Sequence record: AP014889.1
DNA from: Vibrio phage VCPH
DNA: 32,000 nucleotides
Reading direction: 5' to 3' (one strand)
In this document: piece after piece, positions 19,537-28,804 of the stretch
Position numbering within the stretch: the stretch's first letter is position 1
Layout: every line of letters begins with the position of its first letter
Notes under the pieces: model-generated
The model's database searches: none
What the model saw: the letters and a program-made list of their open reading frames with translations, nothing else
What the model was told of the DNA's origin: nothing
Made by a program: the position numbers and the translations under genes

Positions 19537-20925
19537 TTAAGCTGCGTACTTAAGAGCAACTACGTTGTCACCAGAGAAGTAACGTTGTAGGTTTACACGC
19601 TGAGTTACGTAGTAAGCATCAGTTTGTAGCGCTTGGATACGCTCAAATTCTGCTGTTACAACACGCTGACGTGGGATGATGAAGTCAGGCTTGTAAACAA
19701 GTACCGCACAAGCTTCGTTAGCTGCTTTAGCTGGGAAGTACTCAGAAACTAGAACTGGTAGACCGTAGATACGACCAACTTGACCTTGTAGTTTCATAGC
19801 TGCTGCACCAACTTGGTCAACATCTTGCCATTCTGCATCTTCTAGTAGATCGTAGTAAACGTCTAGAGATACAACTAGTGCTAGGTCACCCATACGAGTA
19901 CCTTTACGACCCATCTTACGACGCATCTGTAGTAGTTCCATTGCTGAAACTTTTGAAGTTGCTGTACCACCAGATGCTGCTGAAACGTGCTCGTTAGCGT
20001 CATCGTTTGCTAGAGTAACTAGACCACGTGGCTTACCAGCGCCGTCACCGTTTAGGAATGCATCTTCGATAGCTTCTGCGTGAGCTTCAACTAGACGACG
20101 ACGGATAATACCTAGAAGAGGAGTGATCGCATCTTCTTTTGTTTCGTCAGTCATGTAAGCTTTACATGCTAGCTTGTAAGTGCTGAACGTAATGTTCGTT
20201 AGTGCTGTGGTGTGCTCGCCACCAACTGTACCAGCTTGACCGAACTGTGCAGCGTCAACCCACGTTGCACCTGTTGATGCGCGGTCAGCTTCGATTTGCA
20301 TAGTTAGCAACTTGCTAGACATTGGTAGTTCAGAGAACATGTCACCGATTACTAGACGCTTTTGAACGTCACGTAGGATACGGCTAGAGAATACTGTCTC
20401 GTAGTCTTCGTCAGAAACTTCGATAGAAGAGCTTGAGTTAACTGCTTTAGCTACTTCTGCACCGAATGCTGTAGACTCGATAGTTTCAGCGCGCATGATA
20501 GACTTAAGCATTGCTGCTTCTTCCATGATCGCTTCCATGTCTTCGTTGTTCTTGATAGACTTACCAACAGCAACAGTAACTAGGTCTTTACCTTCACGAC
20601 GAGCTAGTAGAGTTTTGATCTCGTTAGCTTGCTCTTCGATTTGGTTCTGCATAGTTTCTACAGTCTTAGCGAAAGTTTCAGCATTCTTAGAGATTGCTTC
20701 TTCAAGAGTCTTGATTGTTTCGTTAGCTTCTGCAAAACCTTTTAGAGCGTCACCATGTTGCTCAGATAGGAACTTCTCGATACGCTCGTCGAATTTCTTC
20801 TGCTCTGCTTCCTCGGCCGCTTTGCGGTTTTGGTCAGCTACGAAAGTCTTAACAGCGTCAAGATCAGTAATGCCTAGCTCAGCTTTAAGTGCGTCTAGGT
20901 CGATTTTTGGAGTGTTTCCAGACAT
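19537..20925 (-). CDS. Major capsid protein, HK97 fold, with N-terminal coiled-coil scaffold (delta) domain
   Basis: 462 aa with a charged coiled-coil N-terminus followed by an HK97-type domain (MLKSIMRAETIESTAFGAEVAKAVN...VDAAQFGQAGTVGGEHTTALTNITFSTYKLACKAYMTDE...). Confidence 0.9.
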   Translation of the reverse strand: MSGNTPKIDLDALKAELGITDLDAVKTFVADQNRKAAEEAEQKKFDERIEKFLSEQHGDALKGFAEANETIKTLEEAISKNAETFAKTVETMQNQIEEQANEIKTLLARREGKDLVTVAVGKSIKNNEDMEAIMEEAAMLKSIMRAETIESTAFGAEVAKAVNSSSSIEVSDEDYETVFSSRILRDVQKRLVIGDMFSELPMSSKLLTMQIEADRASTGATWVDAAQFGQAGTVGGEHTTALTNITFSTYKLACKAYMTDETKEDAITPLLGIIRRRLVEAHAEAIEDAFLNGDGAGKPRGLVTLANDDANEHVSAASGGTATSKVSAMELLQMRRKMGRKGTRMGDLALVVSLDVYYDLLEDAEWQDVDQVGAAAMKLQGQVGRIYGLPVLVSEYFPAKAANEACAVLVYKPDFIIPRQRVVTAEFERIQALQTDAYYVTQRVNLQRYFSGDNVVALKYAA

Positions 20926-20946
20926 AATTTTTTATTTCCTCAAAAA

Positions 20947-21588
20947 TTAGTTAGCTAGAAGAAAGGCTAACTTCTCAAGTTCAGAATTGAATTGTGGGGT
21001 TTCTGTTGTTTCCGGGGTCTGCTTTCCGTGCTTGCCGGAATCAACGCCCTTTTCTTTATCAATGCTTGCGATAGCCTTTGCTCGTAGGTCAGCATAGTCT
21101 TCGTCATTCATCGACTTCGCTAATTCGAACGTACAGTCTTGGTTGCAAGGTACGGATACGATGGAGATCTCAAACAGTTCCAATTCAGTGATGTGGAATG
21201 TTTCAGTTTCTTCATGGTACTTGTAGTCTTTCAGTCGGAATCCAATGGAGAATGTTTGGAGTGCACCTGCTTTTACAAGATTGAATGTTCGTTGGTCAAC
21301 GTTAAATACTTCAATATCTACGTGAAGACCGTAATCGTCGATAGTGTAGTCGATCATCTTACCAACCGGTTCGTCGTGGTTGTGACCGAATAGTACGATT
21401 GGGTTCTTCAAGTAGTTACCTAGCGCAGAATCCTTTTTCCACGCTGATGCTTCCACTACGTCTCCGGCACGGTCTTTAGAAACCGTAGAGGCGTAGCCTG
21501 AGATCACGATAGACTTACCGTTCTCAGATGGAGCACCTTTAATATCAAAAGAAGAGTCGACCCAGAATTGTTTATTCTTTAGAGTCAT
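20947..21588 (-). CDS. Prohead maturation protease (S78/HK97 type)
   Basis: 213 aa with VISGYASTVSKDRAGDVVEASAW...FGHNHDEPVGKM and LQTFSIGF. Position is between the capsid and portal genes. Confidence 0.9.
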   Translation of the reverse strand: MTLKNKQFWVDSSFDIKGAPSENGKSIVISGYASTVSKDRAGDVVEASAWKKDSALGNYLKNPIVLFGHNHDEPVGKMIDYTIDDYGLHVDIEVFNVDQRTFNLVKAGALQTFSIGFRLKDYKYHEETETFHITELELFEISIVSVPCNQDCTFELAKSMNDEDYADLRAKAIASIDKEKGVDSGKHGKQTPETTETPQFNSELEKLAFLLAN

Positions 21589-21793
21589 CTTTCACCTTCT
21601 TAGCCGCTAGTTTCGCTTTGACAGCGAATTGCGTGTATTCCTTTTGGAATTTATCCCAAGCCATGTGGCACTTACGTACACCGTAGTGCTTAGCCACATT
21701 TTTAGGTGTTACGCTGTGTTTACCATCGTAAAAGAATACTTCTGGTTTCGGCAGCGTAGCGCCGTAGATTGAGAATAGTAGTTCAAAGTTCAT
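21572..21793 (-). CDS. Small conserved head-module protein of unknown function
   Basis: 73 aa, basic C-terminus, tightly packed between the portal and protease genes. Confidence 0.55.
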   Translation of the reverse strand: MNFELLFSIYGATLPKPEVFFYDGKHSVTPKNVAKHYGVRKCHMAWDKFQKEYTQFAVKAKLAAKKVKDDSKE

Positions 21794-23010
21794 TATTCGT
21801 CACTCTCGTTATTAGGGCGTCCGCCCTCTTGCCCGGTTACGCCTGAGGCCGAACCTGCAACGTTAGCTGGGATTCGAATCTCATCCATCTGAGGATCATC
21901 AATCTCCTCTAGACGTAGCTCGACACGTGCTTCATTACCTGTGATAATACCGTTGTTCACCTTAGAAGCTAGTTCCTCGGACTGCGCCTTACCCTCTGGG
22001 GCTAGAGCAGGGATGTTGCTGGTATCAATCTTAATGTCAAAGCCGAAGAAGAACTCGAAAGCACTTACAAACTTCTTTGCCATAGGGATAACTGTGGTGT
22101 AGTAAAACAGTTCGATATTTGGACGAATATTGGCATTGTTACCACCTGCCAGTAAGATTGGTGGAATGCCGAGACCCAGACAAATGTTATTATCGAATCT
22201 CTCTAAATCATCTTTAATGCCAAGCTCATTTAAGTTAGTGGCTTGTACATTTTTACCTTTAGCTCCGCCGTCTAGGATAAGTACATTTGACTTACCGTTA
22301 CGTGGGTTGTGATCCAAACGAATCTCCTCACGTTTACGCTGCTTTGCACGGGCGCTAAGGTTTTGGTCGGTCTCTACGATAAGACCTAGAATAGTTCCGT
22401 TATCGAAGAACTTTTCTTTAAAGTGCTCAAGTTTCTCTTTACGGTTAACACTTTTCAGTGCTGACGCAAGTCGAGACCTACCGCTAATCTGTGACACATT
22501 ACCATGCTTGTATGAGTTGTCTTTGATAAAGATAATCTCATCAGGCTGGTAAGTGATACGACCATCGTATACGAATTTGTTGATGTAGTATTTACGATCA
22601 GCAAATACTTCCATGTAAGCCGCTGGTACATGGTACAGCGCCTGTTCCTTGGAATCGTAATGGATAAACGCCCAACCCTCAACAACGAAGTCTAGGAAGA
22701 CTAAACGCCAGAAAGTGGAAGCATCCATAAACATGTTTGGTCGCTTGTTAAGGAGCTTGTCTAGAGTCTTAGCTTTGATGCCACTACCGTAGGTTGTGAA
22801 ACCAAGCTTTTCCTTAACATCATAGTCTACTTCGGAAGCAGAGTCAGTCAGGAAGTTAACACAGCGGCTAACGATTTCCATTTCCTCAAATGCTTTCTGA
22901 GTAGTATACGGTTTGGTGTTGCTTCGTGTCGCAGAGGACTCGTGTGAAGCAATTTGGTCTTGAGCGGGATTAAGCTTTTCAGTTAGTCCAAAAAAATCTC
23001 TCCAACCCAT
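21793..23010 (-). CDS. Portal protein (HK97 family)
   Basis: 405 aa, N-terminal WRDFFGLTEKLNPA and portal-like sequence (SRCVNFLTDSASEVDYDV, LGLGIPPILLAGGNNANIRPNIE). Confidence 0.9.
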   Translation of the reverse strand: MGWRDFFGLTEKLNPAQDQIASHESSATRSNTKPYTTQKAFEEMEIVSRCVNFLTDSASEVDYDVKEKLGFTTYGSGIKAKTLDKLLNKRPNMFMDASTFWRLVFLDFVVEGWAFIHYDSKEQALYHVPAAYMEVFADRKYYINKFVYDGRITYQPDEIIFIKDNSYKHGNVSQISGRSRLASALKSVNRKEKLEHFKEKFFDNGTILGLIVETDQNLSARAKQRKREEIRLDHNPRNGKSNVLILDGGAKGKNVQATNLNELGIKDDLERFDNNICLGLGIPPILLAGGNNANIRPNIELFYYTTVIPMAKKFVSAFEFFFGFDIKIDTSNIPALAPEGKAQSEELASKVNNGIITGNEARVELRLEEIDDPQMDEIRIPANVAGSASGVTGQEGGRPNNESDE

Positions 23011-23013
23011 ATG

Positions 23014-23472
23014 TTACACCATATAATCTAGCAGCGATTTTGGTTCGTAGTCAATGTACTGCGAAAGCCCTGTGCGAACACTTGACTCACCAACTAGACC
23101 ATTAGCCTTTTCGTACTGCTTCTGAACCCAGTGCTTCTGCTTGTCAGCAGTGGATAGCAATGGTTTCTGTCCGTAAATTCGGTGGAGAAGAACGTGGTGG
23201 GTGTTGCATAGAGTTACGGCATCCTCTACTAGTTCATGCCAGTGTGCTTTGTAGAACTCATCTCGCATAGCAAGAATCTCTTCTTTAGTGCTCAGGGATA
23301 ACCCATGGGCTTTGGCATAATTCTCTAGTAGGAAAGCGACAGTGTGGTAGTGATGAAACTCAAGCTCGTCCGTGGTTCCACATATCTCGCAGCAACTTCC
23401 CTTTTTATATTTCTGTTTGATCCCATCTCGGATCCATTTAATTGCGGTTCTCTTAGATGAGTTAACAGCCAT
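23014..23472 (-). CDS. HNH endonuclease
   Basis: 152 aa with CCEICGTTDELEFHHYHT...VTLCNTHHVLLHRIYG, a zinc-finger HNH signature. Confidence 0.8.
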   Translation of the reverse strand: MAVNSSKRTAIKWIRDGIKQKYKKGSCCEICGTTDELEFHHYHTVAFLLENYAKAHGLSLSTKEEILAMRDEFYKAHWHELVEDAVTLCNTHHVLLHRIYGQKPLLSTADKQKHWVQKQYEKANGLVGESSVRTGLSQYIDYEPKSLLDYMV

Positions 23473-23573
23473 AAATTCTTCTCCTCGTTAATCAATACAA
23501 GTATTATAGGCCACATATCCCTAGACGTCAAGAAGAGTTTAAAATTCTCGCTAGGGAGTAGTGGCGCTTTCCT

Positions 23574-24995
23574 TTATAGACGATCGTAACTATAAATCCC
23601 GTAGCGGATAGCGTCAGCCATGTGGGAATAATCGTCGTGGAGTGGTGTTTCTTTGATTGCGTCAGGTTTCCAGCGATAGTTGATTATACACTCACGTACA
23701 TGTTCCAGGTGGTCAGCGATATATAACTTGTCCTGCTGGATTAGCATCTGTAGATACGAGATACCATCTAGGATTGACTTCTTCGCTTTCGTCGTCGAAA
23801 TATCATATTCGTAAGATAAGTCAGCCATGAACTGTGCTGCTGCCGAATCCACGAAGATCATTTCAGGAACGTAACGGTCGTCCATACCTCCGATAACCTC
23901 AGCATGTTGTCCGGTACTACGTCCAGCTGCTAAGTATTCGTCAATCAAATAAAACTTGTCAGTCTTAAAGTTGTACTTAATAACGATAACCGCTGTAGGG
24001 TCACGATAACCTGGGTCAATACCCATCATGGTCTCAAAGTTATTAAGGTCGTCAAAGTCTAGGCCACAGGTGGCCAGATTAAATGTGTGCTTACTAAAGT
24101 CAAAGTCTTCATAGATTACACCTTCACGTGTAACGAATGAACACTCAAATTCCTGTGCGAACTGAGCTTTAGACATTGCCTTTCTAGCAGATTCGATAAC
24201 ATCAATACCAACTCGTGGATTATCTTGCCATGTTCCGAATACAGAACACCATTGTGGCATCTTGTCATCGTAACCATGATCGTAGAAGTCCTTCATCCAG
24301 TTAGAACCACGAGGTGTCGAGATGAAGATTGCCTTAGACATTTCTTTATCTAGAGTAGGCATTAGTACAACGTTAAATGCATCACCACCACGGTCGTCAA
24401 TCGCAGCCTCATCGAACAGGATAAGGTCGTATGAACGTCCTAGTGCAGCGTTAGCGTTACCTACGGATGCCATCTTCAAGAATGATCCGTTTTCTAATTC
24501 TACTTCTTTGTCTTTTGCGTTCGCACGTTTGGTCTCCAGACCATGTTTGCGAATCATTTCTAGCTGTGCCATCCATGAGATGTTTGACAGAGAGTAGTTA
24601 GGTGAAATGATACAAACAGATGTTCCAGGCTCTAGAAGTTTAAGGAATGCGATAACGTTCCCCATAAAGGTCTTACCGGTGCGTCGCCCTAGTACACTAG
24701 TAACGTAACGCACTTTCGGGTCATTGATAGCATTAATCATTGCCACCTGTGGACCGTTCGGGGTGATTCCCTCAATCTCTAGGAACTTCTTGATGTTAAA
24801 TTTTAGAAAGCGTTCCTCAACTGGATAGTCGATGATTTCTTCATCATCAATGTAATCCCTACTAACTTTCATCGTCTTCTCGCGGAAGAACGGATCTCCA
24901 TTACTCCAATAGCCTTCTGGTTCTACCGTATCGGCAACCATAGCGGCCATGACCCCGTTGAGTTCGGGATCAAAATTATGTTCTTGTTCTTGCAT
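23574..24995 (-). CDS. terL: Terminase large subunit
   Basis: 473 aa with Walker A-like TSVLGRRTGKTF, Walker B LILFDEAAID, and nuclease-domain MGIDPGYRDPTAVIVI. Confidence 0.95.
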   Translation of the reverse strand: MQEQEHNFDPELNGVMAAMVADTVEPEGYWSNGDPFFREKTMKVSRDYIDDEEIIDYPVEERFLKFNIKKFLEIEGITPNGPQVAMINAINDPKVRYVTSVLGRRTGKTFMGNVIAFLKLLEPGTSVCIISPNYSLSNISWMAQLEMIRKHGLETKRANAKDKEVELENGSFLKMASVGNANAALGRSYDLILFDEAAIDDRGGDAFNVVLMPTLDKEMSKAIFISTPRGSNWMKDFYDHGYDDKMPQWCSVFGTWQDNPRVGIDVIESARKAMSKAQFAQEFECSFVTREGVIYEDFDFSKHTFNLATCGLDFDDLNNFETMMGIDPGYRDPTAVIVIKYNFKTDKFYLIDEYLAAGRSTGQHAEVIGGMDDRYVPEMIFVDSAAAQFMADLSYEYDISTTKAKKSILDGISYLQMLIQQDKLYIADHLEHVRECIINYRWKPDAIKETPLHDDYSHMADAIRYGIYSYDRL

Positions 24996-25001
24996 ATGTT
25001 A

Positions 25002-25493
25002 TTAGCTCATCAGCTTACCTAGAAGATTATTCATACCGTCACTACCACCGTAGTTGTTCGATTGGATGTTAACTTGTGCTGATGGTTTACCGCCGTTCTT
25101 CAATTTAGCTTGGGCTTCAATCATTTTTATTTCCATCTGCATCTCTTTCATCTTCATGTTGTGTGCTGTCTCTAGAATGTCCATTAGCGTTCCTTCTGCT
25201 AGGACTCCAGTCTCTTCGGCCTCTTTAATCTTCTCGTTGATAATAACATCAATTAGTCCGAAGATCTTGTCTCTATTACGAAATCCTGTTTCGCTAAAAA
25301 CTTGTGCCATGTAAGCCCTTACCTCAGGCTTGTTTAGTTCTTGTGCAATTATCTCGTGGCTCATGCCAAGCTCGGAGGCAGCTGCGTCGATGCTCCCTGC
25401 TGTTAGATAAGTTTGTGCAATTGCCAAAGACTCTGGTCCGCCCTCCTCGGGTAGGAGACGATCCTCGTCCATTGGTAGTAATTCTCCTGCCAT
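25002..25493 (-). CDS. terS: Terminase small subunit-like protein
   Basis: 163 aa immediately upstream of terL, with an N-terminal HTH-like segment (AAASELGMSHEIIAQELNKPEVRAYM) and helical remainder. The start may be the ATG at 25472, which has the better SD (GGAG). Confidence 0.7.
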   Translation of the reverse strand: MAGELLPMDEDRLLPEEGGPESLAIAQTYLTAGSIDAAASELGMSHEIIAQELNKPEVRAYMAQVFSETGFRNRDKIFGLIDVIINEKIKEAEETGVLAEGTLMDILETAHNMKMKEMQMEIKMIEAQAKLKNGGKPSAQVNIQSNNYGGSDGMNNLLGKLMS

Positions 25494-25545
25494 GTGAAAT
25501 CTCGTGTATACCCGTGAGGGTCTGTGTGGTTTTGTGTATACTGTG

Positions 25546-25574
25546 TATTATAGTGTAGTTTCGTGAAAATTTCA
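25546..25574 (-). promoter_or_regulatory. Near-consensus sigma70 promoter driving the terminase/head operon
   Basis: Minus strand: TTGAAA (25569-25574), 17-nt spacer, TATAAT (25546-25551), about 45 nt upstream of the terS ORF. Confidence 0.8.
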
Positions 25575-25721
25575 ATAATAAAATTTTTTGAAACTCGTAT
25601 AGTGCGTGTTTGCTGCGTGATAGTCTGTTTGGTACGTGAAGTTTTGTGCAGGTTTGTGTTGGCCTGTGAGTTATTAGAGCCCTAAAGCTTTTTACTCAAA
25701 TTTCTTGTGTGGTACACATGC

Positions 25722-25780
25722 GAGGGGGCGGGAGGGGGGTCGATATAACAGGGTAGTCTAAAAACCGCCCTGTTATATCA
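25722..25780. repeat. G-rich tract plus perfect 12-bp inverted repeat at the late/pre-early boundary
   Basis: GAGGGGGCGGGAGGGGGG (25722-25739) followed by GATATAACAGGG (25743-25754), 14-nt loop, CCCTGTTATATC (25769-25780). Confidence 0.9.
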
Positions 25781-25830
25781 TTTGGTTATGTACAGGTTTT
25801 TCTCTCTCATTCACCTTTTAGCTGTACCGC

Positions 25831-26460
25831 TTACGATTCCGCTAATTGCCACATCATTGCGTCGATTATATCGTTTGCATCTTCAATCAGTTCATTGTGT
25901 AACTGGTCTATTACAGCTTCGCATTCTGCATCAAGCTTCAAAGCTGCTTTAAGCTGCTCATTAGCATTAACGGCGCAAACTGTCTTGATGCCTAGTGACT
26001 GAGCCACTTCGAGCACTTCGGGGTGGTCGTCGTACATCGTGAAACTTACATCAGGATAGCGAGCTTGGAGCATCGCTAGCCATGCCTTTTTATACGCTCC
26101 ATCGCCTGATTTGTAGATGCGATTTACATCACGTTGGTGGAAATGGTCTTTCAGCGTGTCACGGCTGCAAATCATTGGGACACGTAGACCGTTTTGGCGT
26201 AAGAAAATGTAATCGTGTTTCAGCATATGGCGAGCTGTGCAGATGATAACCAGTTCACCGTTTGCAATGGCTTGTTTCATCAGACCGACTAGAGGCAACA
26301 GCTTATCACGCATTACCTTTTGCGGGGTGCAAGCCTCCGCAATATATTTATCTAGGTCTAAGTCACCGTTTGGCTTTAGGCAAGGTACAACACGTTGTGA
26401 GCTGTCGATTACTGTGCCGTCTAGGTCAAAAATGCGTCCAGTTGTGAATTGCTTTTTCAT
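25831..26460 (-). CDS. dmp: HAD-superfamily phosphatase, T5 dmp-like 5'-deoxyribonucleotidase candidate
   Basis: RIFDLDGTVIDSS, IICTARH and MYDDHPEV motifs, and synteny with A1/A2-like genes. ATG at 26460 (MKKQFTTG) is preferred over the TTG start at 26493. Confidence 0.7.
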   Translation of the reverse strand: MKKQFTTGRIFDLDGTVIDSSQRVVPCLKPNGDLDLDKYIAEACTPQKVMRDKLLPLVGLMKQAIANGELVIICTARHMLKHDYIFLRQNGLRVPMICSRDTLKDHFHQRDVNRIYKSGDGAYKKAWLAMLQARYPDVSFTMYDDHPEVLEVAQSLGIKTVCAVNANEQLKAALKLDAECEAVIDQLHNELIEDANDIIDAMMWQLAES

Positions 26461-26498
26461 AGTGGTTCTCTCTCTTTGTTTGAGGGTATTCAATGAAA

Positions 26499-26516
26499 GG
26501 GCGCTAAATCGCGCCC
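26499..26516 (-). terminator. Hairpin between the A1-like and dmp-like genes
   Basis: Perfect GGGCGC-TAAATC-GCGCCC. The minus strand reads GGGCGCGATTTAGCGCCCTTTCATT. Confidence 0.5.
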
Positions 26517-26541
26517 CAGTGAGCCTGTAAGGGCGTAGAAC

Positions 26542-28203
26542 TTAATAGTTCAATGGGAATGTAGTAATTAACTGAACAGTGCCATTAGGGAGGATTACAG
26601 CGTTCGCATGATTCCACGATGACAGGCCGCCTTTGTTATAGCCTTGTTGCAAGCTAGCAGATACGCCGACCGTGACAGCACCGCCACGAATAGCCGGTGT
26701 ATGTGTATGACCTGTCACAATTGTGAGGTTAGACTTACCAAATAGCTGTGTGCTACCAAATGAGCCGTTTTGCCCTTTGTGGCCATGCTGTGACACTTCA
26801 ACGCCGTTCCATTCCTCCGACTTATCCATAGCACCGAAACGGGCATTATCAGCAAGGAAAGGAAGCGAAGCACGCTCTGTGCAATCTTCCATTGCTACCT
26901 GTAAGGCGTTACGGTCAAAACCGTTATCGAACGATTCACAAACTGCCCAGTTCAGCAAGTAATACAGCTTAGCGTTTTGTGGGTCGGTTTTCGGTTGGTA
27001 CTTCATATCGTCCAACCAGTTATCTAGAGCACTGTTGTGGTTAGACTCAACGATGTATAAGTCCTGACAGACCGCCGCTAATCGGTTTGTTTGCTCGATT
27101 ACGGTCGTTAGGTCTTTCATTACCGTTTTGCCTAGCTGCTGCATTTTGTATAAATGATTGCCGCTTGTACGGTTATGGTGTGAGCGAGTTTCAAAGTGTA
27201 GGATGTCATGGATTGCCATGCTACGGACTGACTGACTCATTAACCAGTTGATAGTTGCACTTGTCACGTTTTCATCAAAGCGCTCGAAATGGCTATCCCC
27301 TAGAACAATATCAACGTCTAAGCATTCAGCCGCCGCCTGTTGCCAAGTCATAAGCGAACCGTCCTCACCCTGATAAACGTTCTCTACCGTTACTGTGCGG
27401 TCTTTCACTACAACCAACAATGCACCAAATTTGTGAGCCGTTTCAGCTTCCGCCCCTGCACGTTTTTCCAAGTAGTTGTAAACAGTAGTACAACCTGTTG
27501 TCCAAGCTTGGCGCTTGTTACGATCTTGCATCACGGCAATCTGTTGCATATCTTGGCGAGGACTTGCGACGATTGTTACCGCCTCCCCTGCGTTGATGGT
27601 TTGAGCTGCGTTAACTGGTTGTTTAGCTGTAATGCTAACGTGCGCAGATACCGCCAAGCGAACACCACCAACACCACCAAGCCACGTATCAGACTCGATA
27701 AGGTAAGGTTTAACTAGCTTATCGAAGTACACGTTATCTTCCGCTTCCTTGGCTTCCTCACCGTGTAAGACTTGATAGGCGTTTTTGTTGTAGTACATAG
27801 GCATTACAACAATTTTAGCGTCAATCTCACTTGCAAGTGTTTCAAGCTGACCGATTACAGCTTGCGCTTGCGTGTTGTTTTGCGCCGCCGTTACTAGAAA
27901 AACACCGTCGCCGAGGTTGTCAAAATCACTACGTTTTTGTGACTGAGTGCCGCCCATTGTGGAAGCGTCTAACTTATTGCTTACACGTTGAGCTTTAGGC
28001 TTAGGAGGAATAACCGTTTCTTTGTTTTCCTCTAACCAGTCACATAAAACGCCCGATTCTAGCTGCGATTGAGCAACATCCAGTTTCAACAGGATAGCGT
28101 CACAAACAGTAAGTTTAGACTCACGGATACGCTTTCCGTAAAAGTTTAGCTCGATTGCTGCTTTAATGATTGCGTCTAGGTTACGTTTAATTACTGTGTT
28201 CAT
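26542..28203 (-). CDS. A1: T5 A1-like pre-early protein (calcineurin-type metallophosphoesterase)
   Basis: 553 aa with metallophosphoesterase-like motifs LGDSHFERFDE, VESNHNSALDNW and VTGHTHTP. Neighbours are dmp-like and A2-like genes. Confidence 0.75.
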   Translation of the reverse strand: MNTVIKRNLDAIIKAAIELNFYGKRIRESKLTVCDAILLKLDVAQSQLESGVLCDWLEENKETVIPPKPKAQRVSNKLDASTMGGTQSQKRSDFDNLGDGVFLVTAAQNNTQAQAVIGQLETLASEIDAKIVVMPMYYNKNAYQVLHGEEAKEAEDNVYFDKLVKPYLIESDTWLGGVGGVRLAVSAHVSITAKQPVNAAQTINAGEAVTIVASPRQDMQQIAVMQDRNKRQAWTTGCTTVYNYLEKRAGAEAETAHKFGALLVVVKDRTVTVENVYQGEDGSLMTWQQAAAECLDVDIVLGDSHFERFDENVTSATINWLMSQSVRSMAIHDILHFETRSHHNRTSGNHLYKMQQLGKTVMKDLTTVIEQTNRLAAVCQDLYIVESNHNSALDNWLDDMKYQPKTDPQNAKLYYLLNWAVCESFDNGFDRNALQVAMEDCTERASLPFLADNARFGAMDKSEEWNGVEVSQHGHKGQNGSFGSTQLFGKSNLTIVTGHTHTPAIRGGAVTVGVSASLQQGYNKGGLSSWNHANAVILPNGTVQLITTFPLNY

Positions 28204-28248
28204 AGTATATTCTCTCTTTTTGAGGTTTAAGGATTCTTGAGTGATTAT

Positions 28249-28326
28249 TCACTCATTAAGCATACTTACTCAAAACGCTCGATTATAGGGTATAACGTTT
28301 TTAGGTGAAATATGCTTAATGAGTGA
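28249..28326. repeat. Perfect 16-bp inverted repeat flanking a candidate A1 promoter
   Basis: TCACTCATTAAGCATA (28249-28264) and TATGCTTAATGAGTGA (28311-28326). A minus-strand TATAAT lies at 28282-28287 with a weak -35 TTTCAC at 28305-28310. Confidence 0.85.
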
Positions 28327-28343
28327 GGCTCGAAAGCCTCACT
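28322..28343 (-). terminator. Strong stem-loop after the A2-like gene
   Basis: AGTGAGGCT-CGAA-AGCCTCACT, 9-bp perfect stem and tetraloop. There is no clear U tract, so the terminator role is tentative. Confidence 0.5.
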
Positions 28344-28357
28344 ATTTACACTGTAAA

Positions 28358-28804
28358 TTAAGCTTTAGCTGTAACGCCTTTAGGCGCTTGAGCTTCTTCG
28401 ATAACAGGCATATAGCTGTTACCTGTCAGAGTCTCTAGAGTTTCCAAAACGGCTGTAAGCGCATCGGTGTTTGCGTTTGCTAGGGTATCCATAGCATCGC
28501 CACGGATTTCTACACCTGCGTCAACAACGGCTTTTTTAACGCAATCAGCTAGCAATGGTTTAGTAATGCGAGCTTTGCGACCTTTAGCCGTTGAACCTGC
28601 TTCAAGCGCTTCATACACTTTCAAGTTTGAAAGTTTAGAGCGTACCGCTTGAGCTGATTTCGCACCAACTTGTTTGGCTAGCTCAGCAAGGAATTCCTTG
28701 CTGTTAGCTTTTGCGTGGTCTTGAGCTAGCATTTCTTCGTAAGCCGAAGTGATAGTAGCTTCATTTTCCTTGTTCCATGCGAATGCTTTAGCTTTAGTAG
28801 TCAT
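28358..28804 (-). CDS. A2: T5 A2-like pre-early protein (putative DNA-binding)
   Basis: 148 aa with an HTH-like segment (LAKQVGAKSAQAVRSKLSNLKVYEAL) in the pre-early position next to A1. The call is mainly by synteny. Confidence 0.5.
   Translation of the reverse strand: MTTKAKAFAWNKENEATITSAYEEMLAQDHAKANSKEFLAELAKQVGAKSAQAVRSKLSNLKVYEALEAGSTAKGRKARITKPLLADCVKKAVVDAGVEIRGDAMDTLANANTDALTAVLETLETLTGNSYMPVIEEAQAPKGVTAKA

Noticed and set aside
25324-25575. 83-aa minus-strand ORF overlapping terS
   Set aside because: Overlaps the better supported terS frame and its start lies inside the promoter. Spurious.
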